Below are positions 9,248 through 18,340 of a stretch of DNA of 64,000 nt, one piece after another. Position numbers and translations under genes: made by a program. Every line of letters begins with the position of its first letter. Position 1 is the first letter of the stretch. The notes below the pieces were generated by a model. The model searched no databases, was not told the origin of the DNA, and was given only the letters and a program-made list of their open reading frames with translations. This DNA comes from Candidatus Undinarchaeales archaeon. Its GTDB lineage: Archaea; SpSt-1190; JASMDC01. The DNA lies in NCBI GenBank assembly GCA_030753015.1, contig JASMDC010000001.1:128001-192000 (forward strand). Reading direction: 5' to 3'.

Positions 9248-10900
9248 ATGACCATGACCACGGACATGGGGCAAAGGACGTTCTGGCGCTGGCTGGGCGC
9301 TATCGTCATAGCGGGCGCCCTCCTTAGGCTCCCGCTGTTGGGCAGTGTCCCTCCCCCTATGTACATCGATGAATATTCAAATGGGTATGACGCCTACTCG
9401 ATCCTCCTGACCGGTAATGATCAGCACGGAGTCCGATACCCTCTGTTCTTTAGAGCGCTGGACGACTACCGGACACCGCTCCACATATACATGTCAGTAC
9501 CGGTCACCATGGTCTTCGGATTCGGTGAGATGCAGACTCGGCTCCCCTACGCTCTCTGCGGGATCCTTGCGATTCTGGCCGCGGGGTGTATAGGGCAGAC
9601 CCTCTTAGGACCTCGTGAGGGTCTGTTCACTGCTGCGCTCACCGCGCTATCGCCGTGGGACGTGCAGTTCGGTCGCATGGCTCTCACCCATCCAATACCG
9701 CTCACGGCGCTCATACCTCTGGGGCTGTGCTTATTGATATCGGGAGTACGCGGGCGTCCGCGAAGGCTCGTAGCGGGCTTCGTGGTCATGGCCCTTTCGC
9801 TCTACTCCTACCCTACAGCTGCCCTCTTCGTCCCTCTCCTTCTTCTGGGATTTGGGATTATTGCCCGCCACTCGCTCCTGCGGGACCGGCGTCATCTGGG
9901 GATCGGTATCGCTGTGTTCGTGGTACTTGCGCTCCCAATCTATTCTCCATGGATGCTTCCGCAGACGACCGCTCGTTTCTCACAGGTGAGCATCCATAAT
10001 GTCGACGCACCCGTGCTGATGGCCGAACGGCTCGGGAGTGCGCTCGGTGAGTGGGCCCGTCCGCTCGGGCTTCCTCTGGCGATCGCTTCTAACTATATTT
10101 CTTCCTTCTCACCAAGGTTCCTGTTCGTCAATGGGGACCCGAACTTGTGGCACTCGCCCCGCGGGATTGGTCAGCTCCATATCGTTGAGGCGCCCTTTAT
10201 CCTCGCCGGACTGATTTCGCTGATAAATGGACGGCGCCGACGCGACCGTCTTCTTCTGCTCTGGCTTTTTATCGGCCCCTTGCCTGCTGCGTTCACGCAG
10301 TGGGGGGGCTATCATGCGGGGCGGCTACTCGTGTGGCTCCCTGCCCTTCATCTAACCGCAGCACGTGGGATCACATCGCTCCTTCACAGGATCGATGGGA
10401 AGCGGTATCCGCTCTTCATACCTATCATCGCATTGGCCTCCCTTATCAGTATGGTCGTGTTCCTGGACACGTATTTCGTCCGATACCCCGAGGACGTGCT
10501 CGCACAGTATCGATATCGGGTGGGCCAGGGCACAGCTCTCCGCATTGCGGGAGATGTTGTAGGCCCTGATGGAAAAGTGCATGTGCCACCTTTCACGATG
10601 ATAGGATCGAATATCGTCCAGGCATATGAGTACGACATTGCTCCGCATCTCGAGGCCCCTCCATTCCTTATCGTAACATCGCCGAACGAGTGCACCTTCC
10701 TCGATGCATCATCGGATGAGCTTGCGAGTGATGTGTTCATAATCGCACCTATGCAACCGTTCCTTGATCCTGAGCTACCCTTTCGACTTCCACCGGACTG
10801 CGAACCCAAAGCGCATGGATTCGTCGAGGTCGGACGGGTCCGGTATTCGAACGACGTGCCCAGTCACTTCATCTTCAAAGCGTCTGGACCTGAGAAATGA
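9248..10900 (+). CDS. GT-C fold membrane glycosyltransferase, tandem paralog
   Basis: VPPPMYIDE..GYDAYSILLTGNDQHG, FLFVNGDPNLWHS; aligns along its length with 7339-9162. Confidence 0.85.
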   Translation: MTMTTDMGQRTFWRWLGAIVIAGALLRLPLLGSVPPPMYIDEYSNGYDAYSILLTGNDQHGVRYPLFFRALDDYRTPLHIYMSVPVTMVFGFGEMQTRLPYALCGILAILAAGCIGQTLLGPREGLFTAALTALSPWDVQFGRMALTHPIPLTALIPLGLCLLISGVRGRPRRLVAGFVVMALSLYSYPTAALFVPLLLLGFGIIARHSLLRDRRHLGIGIAVFVVLALPIYSPWMLPQTTARFSQVSIHNVDAPVLMAERLGSALGEWARPLGLPLAIASNYISSFSPRFLFVNGDPNLWHSPRGIGQLHIVEAPFILAGLISLINGRRRRDRLLLLWLFIGPLPAAFTQWGGYHAGRLLVWLPALHLTAARGITSLLHRIDGKRYPLFIPIIALASLISMVVFLDTYFVRYPEDVLAQYRYRVGQGTALRIAGDVVGPDGKVHVPPFTMIGSNIVQAYEYDIAPHLEAPPFLIVTSPNECTFLDASSDELASDVFIIAPMQPFLDPELPFRLPPDCEPKAHGFVEVGRVRYSNDVPSHFIFKASGPEK

Positions 10901-10957
10901 GTGCAGCACGGTTCGCTTGACGGTAGATTCATTAATGTTTGGAGCGTGCCGTGTCGT

Positions 10958-11551
10958 ATGCACGAGCTGGTGAGGGAAGGTGCACGCAAGGTCGTCCATC
11001 TCGCATCCCTCTCTATCCCAGTCGTGTACATCACGTATGGGCGTGAGACTACTCTGGCCTTCTTGGTCTACTGTCTTGTCGGATTCCTCGTAGCCGAGTT
11101 CGTGCGTATCGAGCTTGGTGTCCGAATACCCTTCTTCCACATAATCGCACGGGAGAAGGAGGCGGAATGCGTTGGCGCAGAGGTCTACTTCACACTCGGA
11201 GCGCTGGTGGCCGTGGCTGCCTATACAAAGGCCGTCGCCTGCGCTGTAATCCTCATGGCTAGCTTGGGTGACATGGCAGCATCCTTGGTGGGCCAAGCCA
11301 TTCGTGGCCCTCGCCTTTATGGGGATAAAACTGTTGCAGGGGCGAGTGGTGAACTGGTGATGGATCTTCTAGCTGTGACCGTCCTTGGAGCTGTTGTCCC
11401 CGAAGTTGCTCTCCCTGCTGCGGTCGTGTTTGCCATGGCAATCACTGCGACTATAGTCGAGACTCTCGTGGAGCGCATAAATGATAATCTTGCGGTCCCT
11501 GTTATTGCGGGGCTCATCGGGAACCTGGTGCTCGGTGTGCCATTGGGTTGA
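10958..11551 (+). CDS. Dolichol/phytol kinase-like CTP-dependent membrane kinase (SEC59/DGK1/VTE5 family)
   Basis: RKVVH, LGDMAASLVG, KTVAG, NDNLAVP. Confidence 0.85.
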   Translation: MHELVREGARKVVHLASLSIPVVYITYGRETTLAFLVYCLVGFLVAEFVRIELGVRIPFFHIIAREKEAECVGAEVYFTLGALVAVAAYTKAVACAVILMASLGDMAASLVGQAIRGPRLYGDKTVAGASGELVMDLLAVTVLGAVVPEVALPAAVVFAMAITATIVETLVERINDNLAVPVIAGLIGNLVLGVPLG

Positions 11552-11682
11552 GTTGGGCGGATTCATTGGGCTGGCAGAATCTCCTCCCGTAAATAGGTCT
11601 ATAACGCGTAATACGTTCTAAAAAAAGGAGTACACGCGTTATATAGTGGTAAAAAACAGAGATAAAAAGATTATGACCTAAT

Positions 11683-11766
11683 GAAACATAAAGGAACATA
11701 ATAAAACCAGCAGAGGCTCTAAATAGGAATAATCTAAAAACTGAGATTTATGTTCCATTATGTTCC
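11683..11766. promoter_or_regulatory. Dyad array GRAACATAA x2 / TTATGTTCC x2 upstream of a TATA box
   Basis: gaaacataa 11683, ggaacataa 11693, ttatgttcc 11748 and 11758; TATTTATA near 11775. Confidence 0.6.
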
Positions 11767-11808
11767 AAGAAAGATATTTATAGGTACTACGACAGAGTAG
11801 TTATTAGC

Positions 11809-12378
11809 ATGAAAGACATTGACCGCACACGAGAACGGCTGATGAAGTTCCTTGGGAAGCGGCAGATCGAAAAACATACTAACGAAATCCTGGACATCGC
11901 CCAAGATATATCCACGAACAGTAACTATGCATATTATCTGCCGGCTGTCACCTACGTGCTGATGAAGGACAAGTACGGCGTCGCGATATCTGCATCAGAG
12001 CTCAAGAGCGAGGGGCTCGGCCAGGTCAAGGCGAAGTTCATCGTACGTGTCCGTGATAGACTCGGTATAAAACGAAATGAACCGAAAGTGAAGGACGGAC
12101 AAGTAGTCTCGGCCATCGAGAGGATTTGTCGTAAGCTCGACATGGCGAATCAGGTACGACGTTTCGCGATGAAGCTACACGAGAACCTATCACGAAGGAA
12201 CGTCTATAACGTCCATGAATTCTACTGCTACTCCGCCTCTCTCGTCTACGTATCGGCAAAGTACAACGATGCACTGATGACCCAGGAGAGCATTATCAGA
12301 CAGTTGAATATCTCACCACACTTTCTGCGGAAGTACTCGCGCATCATCACGAGCGAGATGGGCAAGTTCAACCTCTAA
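11809..12378 (+). CDS. TFB/TFIIB core (cyclin-fold)-like protein lacking the Zn-ribbon
   Basis: IERICRKLDM..QVRRFA..L...SASLVYVSA.....MTQESI...LNISPHFLRKY follows the pattern of the TFB second repeat. Confidence 0.65.
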   Translation: MKDIDRTRERLMKFLGKRQIEKHTNEILDIAQDISTNSNYAYYLPAVTYVLMKDKYGVAISASELKSEGLGQVKAKFIVRVRDRLGIKRNEPKVKDGQVVSAIERICRKLDMANQVRRFAMKLHENLSRRNVYNVHEFYCYSASLVYVSAKYNDALMTQESIIRQLNISPHFLRKYSRIITSEMGKFNL

Positions 12379-13114
12379 GAAGCGACCATTTATCTGAAGC
12401 GTACTTCTGAGCCAGTTCCCTGCAATTATCACACTCTGCGACAGTCGGGTTACTGGGCGTGATCTCCAAGTCCATTGTATCACCAAAGGCACGAACGACA
12501 GAGCGCCACACCTCGGGAACAGAGGTGGAGATGCCTTCAGCGGTAAGCGTTGTTGCCCAGGATGGGGATTCAAGGCCCTTTCGCGTTAGAGATTCATCCG
12601 GTTTATGAAGGACCCGAAAGAGCGTTCCGAGGTCAGTGTCGACCATGAGGTAGCCATGGACCACTAATGCGTTCCGTCGACGGATCTGGGCGGCACCTGC
12701 GATCTTGCGGTGTCCTACGATAAGGTCACCGAACTCGTTCATTCTGGCATTAATATCGAAATCATCAAGAGCAGAGACAAGTGGAGCGCACAAGTGCTCG
12801 AAACCTTTGGCAACTGATATGGAGAGTTGATGCGAAAGAGGGACTATGACGCAATAAGTTAGGTCCCAAGCGCCATTGTGGAGCACAGAGCCACCTCCAG
12901 AGGGCCTGCGAAGTACAGGGATGCCCAGCTCATTGCACACGTCAAGGTCGATGTCAGACGAACCCTTGAACCTTCCGACCGAGACCGTGGGGCTCGGAAA
13001 GACCGCGAGCTTGAGGGTTGGTGGAGATGTACCTGATCCTATCGAGGTTGCAAGAGCCTCGTCCATAGCAAGGAGCTCACTTGGGGGATGATCATCCAAT
13101 ACCATCACGCGCAT
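12368..13114 (-). CDS. Lipoate-protein ligase/octanoyltransferase family protein
   Basis: LAMDEAL, VSVGRF, RRPSGGGSVLH, GDL..G.RKIAGAAQ. Confidence 0.88.
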   Translation of the reverse strand: MRVMVLDDHPPSELLAMDEALATSIGSGTSPPTLKLAVFPSPTVSVGRFKGSSDIDLDVCNELGIPVLRRPSGGGSVLHNGAWDLTYCVIVPLSHQLSISVAKGFEHLCAPLVSALDDFDINARMNEFGDLIVGHRKIAGAAQIRRRNALVVHGYLMVDTDLGTLFRVLHKPDESLTRKGLESPSWATTLTAEGISTSVPEVWRSVVRAFGDTMDLEITPSNPTVAECDNCRELAQKYASDKWSLLRG

Positions 13115-13139
13115 GGGGCTGCAAGCCAGATGATCCACC

Positions 13140-14099
13140 TCAGTATATGAGGTCGTCGCTGATGGAAAGGCGTTCTTCATCCTTGAAGAAGTTCCATGAA
13201 GAGATGCCTCGTTCCTTTGCGAGTTCGAGCACAGCACGCTGCACGGGGACACAGTTCACGAGCGGAAGGAGCTCATCTGGTGTAGTCGGAAGGCAGACCT
13301 CGCACTCAGGACCGCACCCTATCATGGTCGAATTGAATCCTCGTTGTCGCAAGGCCGTATGCACATTCGTGATCTTGTCGTCAGATGTGGAGGGGAAGAG
13401 GACGATAGGCCTTGTTTTATCCATAAGGAACAACTCCACATGGCAGAACTCCTCCGTGTGACAGGCAAGGGCGACATCCCCCATCACTTCCGCAAGTTTT
13501 GCGGCGCTATAGAGGGCCGTTGCGCGGTTCTGGAGCGCACCGACCAGACAACAGGGGCCGGGGACGAGGCTTGGCATCGATGTATCCAGGGACGTTGTGA
13601 CGAGGTCGGGGGCCGCTTCGAGATCACACTCCCGTAAGAAAGGCATCATGGCAGCGAGCATGCTCGTGAGATAGGATGACATCCCCGGGAGTGGTCGGTC
13701 CGATGCGCGCTTTGGGAGTCGTGCCACCATGTCGGAGGCTGATGCCAGGGGCGAGTCCGTTCGGGACGTGACCGCGACGACCCGGGCCCCTCTCTCACGG
13801 GCAAGAGCTGCTGCACGAAACGTCGTGCGGACCTTCCCCGAGTTTGAGATCGCTACAAGGAGCACGCGTCCACTCTCTAGGTGGGCAGGATTGCAGAGGA
13901 TATCGTGCGGCTCGATGGCCTGACCATTAGCGACATGAGCTGCTGCGATGGCAGCATGGTATGAGTCCCCGCATCCCGTGAAGATGATGCGGTCATAGCT
14001 TTCCCCGGGATCCCATCCCGATAGATCGAGAGTGGCGCTCAGGAGCTCGGGCTGTGCGAGGATGTCTGCTTCTAGGGCACTGAGCAGGTCGTCGGTCAT
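13140..14099 (-). CDS. SIS-domain sugar-phosphate isomerase/deglycase-like protein
   Basis: DILAQP, FTGCGDSY, AISNSG, KLAE, EEFCH. Confidence 0.85.
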   Translation of the reverse strand: MTDDLLSALEADILAQPELLSATLDLSGWDPGESYDRIIFTGCGDSYHAAIAAAHVANGQAIEPHDILCNPAHLESGRVLLVAISNSGKVRTTFRAAALARERGARVVAVTSRTDSPLASASDMVARLPKRASDRPLPGMSSYLTSMLAAMMPFLRECDLEAAPDLVTTSLDTSMPSLVPGPCCLVGALQNRATALYSAAKLAEVMGDVALACHTEEFCHVELFLMDKTRPIVLFPSTSDDKITNVHTALRQRGFNSTMIGCGPECEVCLPTTPDELLPLVNCVPVQRAVLELAKERGISSWNFFKDEERLSISDDLIY

Positions 14100-14432
14100 C
14101 TACTCTTTCCCTTTGGGGCTTGTGCTCTCATAGAGATTGAGCTGTGAGGTATTACGGGCGATAGTGTGCAGCTCATCAAGCATACGCTCCTGGCTCTGCT
14201 CGAAGATGTATAGGTGCGAGGCGATCCCCAGAGTGATCGCAGCGAGCACCGTGATGTAGAACACCAATGAGAGAGCGAAGGAGTTAACCTGAAGGCTCGT
14301 CTCCAGATTTCCCGAATCGTCGGACATGGGTGCGATGAAACCGGATCCGATTACGAAGGATACAATAAGTATCGCAGAGATGGCGATACTGTATAACTTG
14401 GACATGAGGATTTTGTCGCCCATGGCGATCAC
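14100..14432 (-). CDS. Small 2-TM membrane protein, paralog 1 of 3
   Basis: FYITVLAAITLGIAS..Y.FEQSQ motif shared with neighbours. Confidence 0.75.
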   Translation of the reverse strand: MIAMGDKILMSKLYSIAISAILIVSFVIGSGFIAPMSDDSGNLETSLQVNSFALSLVFYITVLAAITLGIASHLYIFEQSQERMLDELHTIARNTSQLNLYESTSPKGKE

Positions 14433-14479
14433 ACCACGGACGACGACCTCTAAGCTTTATATCGCTTGCGCCGAAGAAG

Positions 14480-14779
14480 TTACTTCTTCTCGACCGGACC
14501 CTTGTGCATCTCGGCCATCTTGTCGAACTTGGCCAGAATCTTGCTCTGGGCCTCCTCGATCTCATAGATCATAGCTGCGATCCCGAGGGTCACGGCAGAA
14601 AGGATCGTGATGTAGAAGAGCAGGGCCGCGATGAACTCGTTGGTTTGAAGGACGGCAAGATACTGGCTCGGATCGAAGACATTCATGGGTAGGATCGTCG
14701 CTCCGATGATCATGACGACCAGGATGATACCTGCGACTCCCTGACAGTAGAGCGTTGACGTGCGCTTTTTTTCGTCCAT
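14480..14779 (-). CDS. Small 2-TM membrane protein, paralog 2 of 3
   Basis: FYITILSAVTLGIAAMIYEIEEAQ. Confidence 0.75.
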   Translation of the reverse strand: MDEKKRTSTLYCQGVAGIILVVMIIGATILPMNVFDPSQYLAVLQTNEFIAALLFYITILSAVTLGIAAMIYEIEEAQSKILAKFDKMAEMHKGPVEKK

Positions 14780-14948
14780 GGGTACTCACTTGGATCCGGA
14801 TAAACCCCTACGTTTTAAAAACCTACCATCGACCACCGAGGGATTTAGCTGCCGGGAGGAGTCGATAGAATGAGTAGGCAGCGCCCACGACGTTTTGCGT
14901 CGTGGGCTACGGCCTAGATTTTTCGGTGCGTTCCCAGCAGGGACGCGA

Positions 14949-15293
14949 TTACTTCTTGTCCTTCTTCTCCGGCTTGGCCGGGGGGGTTGTCTTCTCCACG
15001 ATCTCGTCGAGCTTGGACAGGATGCGGTGCTGGGCATCGATGATCCTGTCCTGTGTCAGCTCGAACTCGTATATCATAGACGCGAGCCCGAGCGTCACGG
15101 CGGCGAGGATCGTGATATAGAAGATCAGCCCCGTGATGAAGGCATTGGTCTCCAGAACGGCCAAGAACTCAGCCGGCTCGAACACACCCATGGGTACGTA
15201 CACGGACCCGATGAGGAAAGCCAGCAGGAGGATTCCGGAAATGGCCAGACTGTAGACCTTGGACATACGCATTCGGTCTTCCATAGATGCCAC
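14949..15293 (-). CDS. Small 2-TM membrane protein, paralog 3 of 3
   Basis: FYITILAAVTLGLASMIYEFELTQ. Confidence 0.75.
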   Translation of the reverse strand: MASMEDRMRMSKVYSLAISGILLLAFLIGSVYVPMGVFEPAEFLAVLETNAFITGLIFYITILAAVTLGLASMIYEFELTQDRIIDAQHRILSKLDEIVEKTTPPAKPEKKDKK

Positions 15294-15375
15294 CTTTGTA
15301 AAGGAACAACTGTAGTTAATGGTTTAAAAAGCTACTTCTCTCGCGTTTCAACAATGTGGGCCGGCTCCGTAGGTC

Positions 15376-17223
15376 CTATTCCACCGTGACGCTCTTCGCC
15401 AGGTTCCGGGGCTGGTCGACATCGCAGCCTCTCCGTACAGCGATATAATAGGAGAGCAGCTGGAGTGGAATCACCGCGAGGATGGGAAAGAGGAGGGGGG
15501 AGGTCGACGGCACGGGTATGACGGCATCCACGCCATTCGGGAGGTCCTCTAGGCCGTCGGGTACGACAGCGATAACCTTGCCTTCACGTGCCAGAACCTC
15601 CTGCATGTTGCTCAGGACCTTACTCCGAAGAGGATCTCGCTCGAGGGGGACAACAACAACGACGGGCATCTCATCTGTGATCAGTGCTATCGGGCCGTGC
15701 TTCATCTCGCCAGCGGGGTACCCCTCGGCGTGTATGTAAGATATCTCCTTTAACTTCAGCGCCCCTTCAAGAGCGATGGGATAATTGATGCCGCGGCCGA
15801 GGTAGAGGAAGTCCTCCACGCCCTCGTACCGGTGCGCGAGCGTCGTGTAGATGTCCGTCCTCTCGAGCACATCGCTGATGCGGCGGGGGAGCTCTTCCAG
15901 CTCCCTAATGAGCACGGCGAGCCTGTCCTGTGAGAGTTTCCCCTTGATACTGCCTAAATATAGAGTGAGCAGGTAGAGCGCGGCGATCTGGGACGTGAAC
16001 GCCTTGGTGGACGCGACCCCGATCTCGGGACCCGCGTGGGTGTAGACAATCCCATGTGTCGCTTTTCGCGTCGCCATGCTCCCGATAACGTTGCAGATGG
16101 TGACGATCTTCCCGCCCTCCTCAGCTGCTGCGTCCATGGCAGCGAGCGTGTCGGCTGTCTCGCCTGACTGGGTGATGGCGACGACCAGGGTCCGCTCGTT
16201 CACCACATGGTCACGATAACGGAACTCTGAGGCGTAATCGACCTCCACGGGGATGTGGACCAGGGACTCGATGAGGAACTTCCCGACGGTGCCCGCATGC
16301 CAGGAGGTCCCGCAAGCGAGGATGAGCACCCGCTCGATCGCCTTCGCTTCCTTCTCCGAGAGGGTGACATCCTCTAGATAAACGCCGGGAGGTTCGTGCT
16401 CCACGCGGCCACCGATAGTGTCTATGACGGCTCTTGGTTGTTCGAAGATCTCCTTGAGCATGAAATGCTTGTAATCTCCCTTGGCGGCCATGAGAGGATC
16501 CCAGGACACAGTCTTGATATCCGCTTCCACGGGCTCACCCTGTAGGTCGGTCACCTGCACCTCATCGGCCGAGAGCACGGCCATCTGTCGGTTCGCTAGG
16601 AAGATGAGGCGGCGGGTGTGCTCGAGGATGCCGATGGCGTCGGATGCCAGGAAGACCTCGTTCTTACCGAGGCCCACCACGATACCACCTGCAGAGCCAT
16701 AGCGAGCAGACACGATCCGCCCCGGCTCCTTTGAGGAGATGACAGCTATGGCATAGGCACCCTCCACGTGGGTGAGCGCAGCGCGTACCGCTTCGTCCAG
16801 GGGACAGTCGGCATGGTAGCGCTCGATGAGGTGTGCTATGATCTCGGTATCGGTCTCGGAATCGAAGGTGTGCCCCTCGGCCACAAGCTCGTGACGGAGG
16901 GCAAGGTAGTTCTCGATGATACCGTTATGTACGACGACCAGGCCGCCCGTACAATCGGTGTGGGGGTGGGCGTTGATCTCGGTAGGCTTGCCATGGGTGG
17001 CCCAGCGCGTATGGCCGATGGCCATGGTGCCGGGAAGGGGACACTCCTTGAGCTTCTCCTTAAGGTTATCTAGCTTGCCCACGCTCCGGCAGAGTGCCAG
17101 CCCGCGTTCACCGACGACGGCCACGCCCGCAGAGTCGTACCCGCGATAGGCGAGCTTGTCGAGCCCTCCCAAAACCAGGGGCACGGCCTGACGTGGTCCG
17201 ATGTAGCCGATGATGCCGCACAT
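15376..17223 (-). CDS. glmS: Glutamine--fructose-6-phosphate transaminase (isomerizing)
   Basis: MCGIIG, YRGYDSAG, GHTRWATHG, QSGETADT, PRNLAKSVTVE. Confidence 0.98.
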   Translation of the reverse strand: MCGIIGYIGPRQAVPLVLGGLDKLAYRGYDSAGVAVVGERGLALCRSVGKLDNLKEKLKECPLPGTMAIGHTRWATHGKPTEINAHPHTDCTGGLVVVHNGIIENYLALRHELVAEGHTFDSETDTEIIAHLIERYHADCPLDEAVRAALTHVEGAYAIAVISSKEPGRIVSARYGSAGGIVVGLGKNEVFLASDAIGILEHTRRLIFLANRQMAVLSADEVQVTDLQGEPVEADIKTVSWDPLMAAKGDYKHFMLKEIFEQPRAVIDTIGGRVEHEPPGVYLEDVTLSEKEAKAIERVLILACGTSWHAGTVGKFLIESLVHIPVEVDYASEFRYRDHVVNERTLVVAITQSGETADTLAAMDAAAEEGGKIVTICNVIGSMATRKATHGIVYTHAGPEIGVASTKAFTSQIAALYLLTLYLGSIKGKLSQDRLAVLIRELEELPRRISDVLERTDIYTTLAHRYEGVEDFLYLGRGINYPIALEGALKLKEISYIHAEGYPAGEMKHGPIALITDEMPVVVVVPLERDPLRSKVLSNMQEVLAREGKVIAVVPDGLEDLPNGVDAVIPVPSTSPLLFPILAVIPLQLLSYYIAVRRGCDVDQPRNLAKSVTVE

Positions 17224-17257
17224 GGGATATATCATCGATCGGGGATAGCTTAAAAAA

Positions 17258-18274
17258 CTACTCCGCCGGGGCGGCATCCCGTTCGCAGGGGATCCGGTCA
17301 CCAGCGATCCACTGAAGGGTTCCCACTGTAAGACCTGAGACGTGGATGAGCGGGAACGAGAACGCGTGCAGTAATGCCTCCACAGCGATGAGGGGTTTCG
17401 TGTATCGTAGGGCGAACGCGAGGAAGGGGAGGTTCCAGATGACGATGGCAGGGCCTACGAGAGCAAGAACCCCGGTAGGGATGGCACCGGTGGCGCTGAT
17501 AACTATCAAGAGAATGAAACATGTGAGCAGCACTACGTTCACGGGATGATAAAAGGCGTTGAAGGGTCGGAAGGAGCTACCCTGCTCATAATAATGTCGG
17601 AGGTACGCTTTAACCCAGCACCTGTCGATATGGTACCGGCTCCGCCAGAACCTCATAGGGGCCACTTCATCTATATTGCTCACGGGGAGGTCCTTTGCGA
17701 GCACGATTCGCAATCCACGGGAGAGCAGGGCCCACCCGAGCTCGATGTCCTCGACCGAGGCTCGTGAGAAGCACTCGTCGAAGCGATTGGCCTCGAACAC
17801 CTCCCGCCGCATGGCCATGGCCGATCCGACGAGCACGTTCGAGTCGACGGGGTGGTTCGAGAACCAGAAGCAATAGAGGAGGTTGACGAAGGTAGCGAAC
17901 TTGTGGTCGTACTTGGTCGTGGGATCATACGGGCAGAACACCGCCCCGATGGATGGATCGTTCACGCGCTCGGCAAGGGCGGAGATGGTCCCTTGTTTGA
18001 CCTGCATGTCGGCGTCCAGGAACACCACGACGTCGCCCGAGGATGCGGCAGCGCCGCGGTTCCGTGCGGTCGCGGGACCGCTGTTCCGCTCCAGGCGCAC
18101 GACGCGTACACCCAAGCCCTCGGCCAGATCGGCCGAGCTGTCGGTTGAGCCGTCGTCCACGACAATGACCTCCAGTACGTCATCGTCGGTGTCCGATCCG
18201 GTCAGTGCTTTGAGGCATGCTCCAAGGGTGACTGCCCCGTTGTAGACCGGGATGACGACAGAGATGGTGGCCAT
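17258..18274 (-). CDS. Glycosyltransferase family 2
   Basis: ISVVIPVYN, VVDDGSTD, GPATARNRG, FLDAD, VEDIELG. Confidence 0.9.
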   Translation of the reverse strand: MATISVVIPVYNGAVTLGACLKALTGSDTDDDVLEVIVVDDGSTDSSADLAEGLGVRVVRLERNSGPATARNRGAAASSGDVVVFLDADMQVKQGTISALAERVNDPSIGAVFCPYDPTTKYDHKFATFVNLLYCFWFSNHPVDSNVLVGSAMAMRREVFEANRFDECFSRASVEDIELGWALLSRGLRIVLAKDLPVSNIDEVAPMRFWRSRYHIDRCWVKAYLRHYYEQGSSFRPFNAFYHPVNVVLLTCFILLIVISATGAIPTGVLALVGPAIVIWNLPFLAFALRYTKPLIAVEALLHAFSFPLIHVSGLTVGTLQWIAGDRIPCERDAAPAE

Positions 18275-18340
18275 GGAACCCTAGAGCACTTCCCGCCAAA
18301 CCATTTAAGCTTGCGCGTGCCCACTTAAGCTTCGTTGGGA

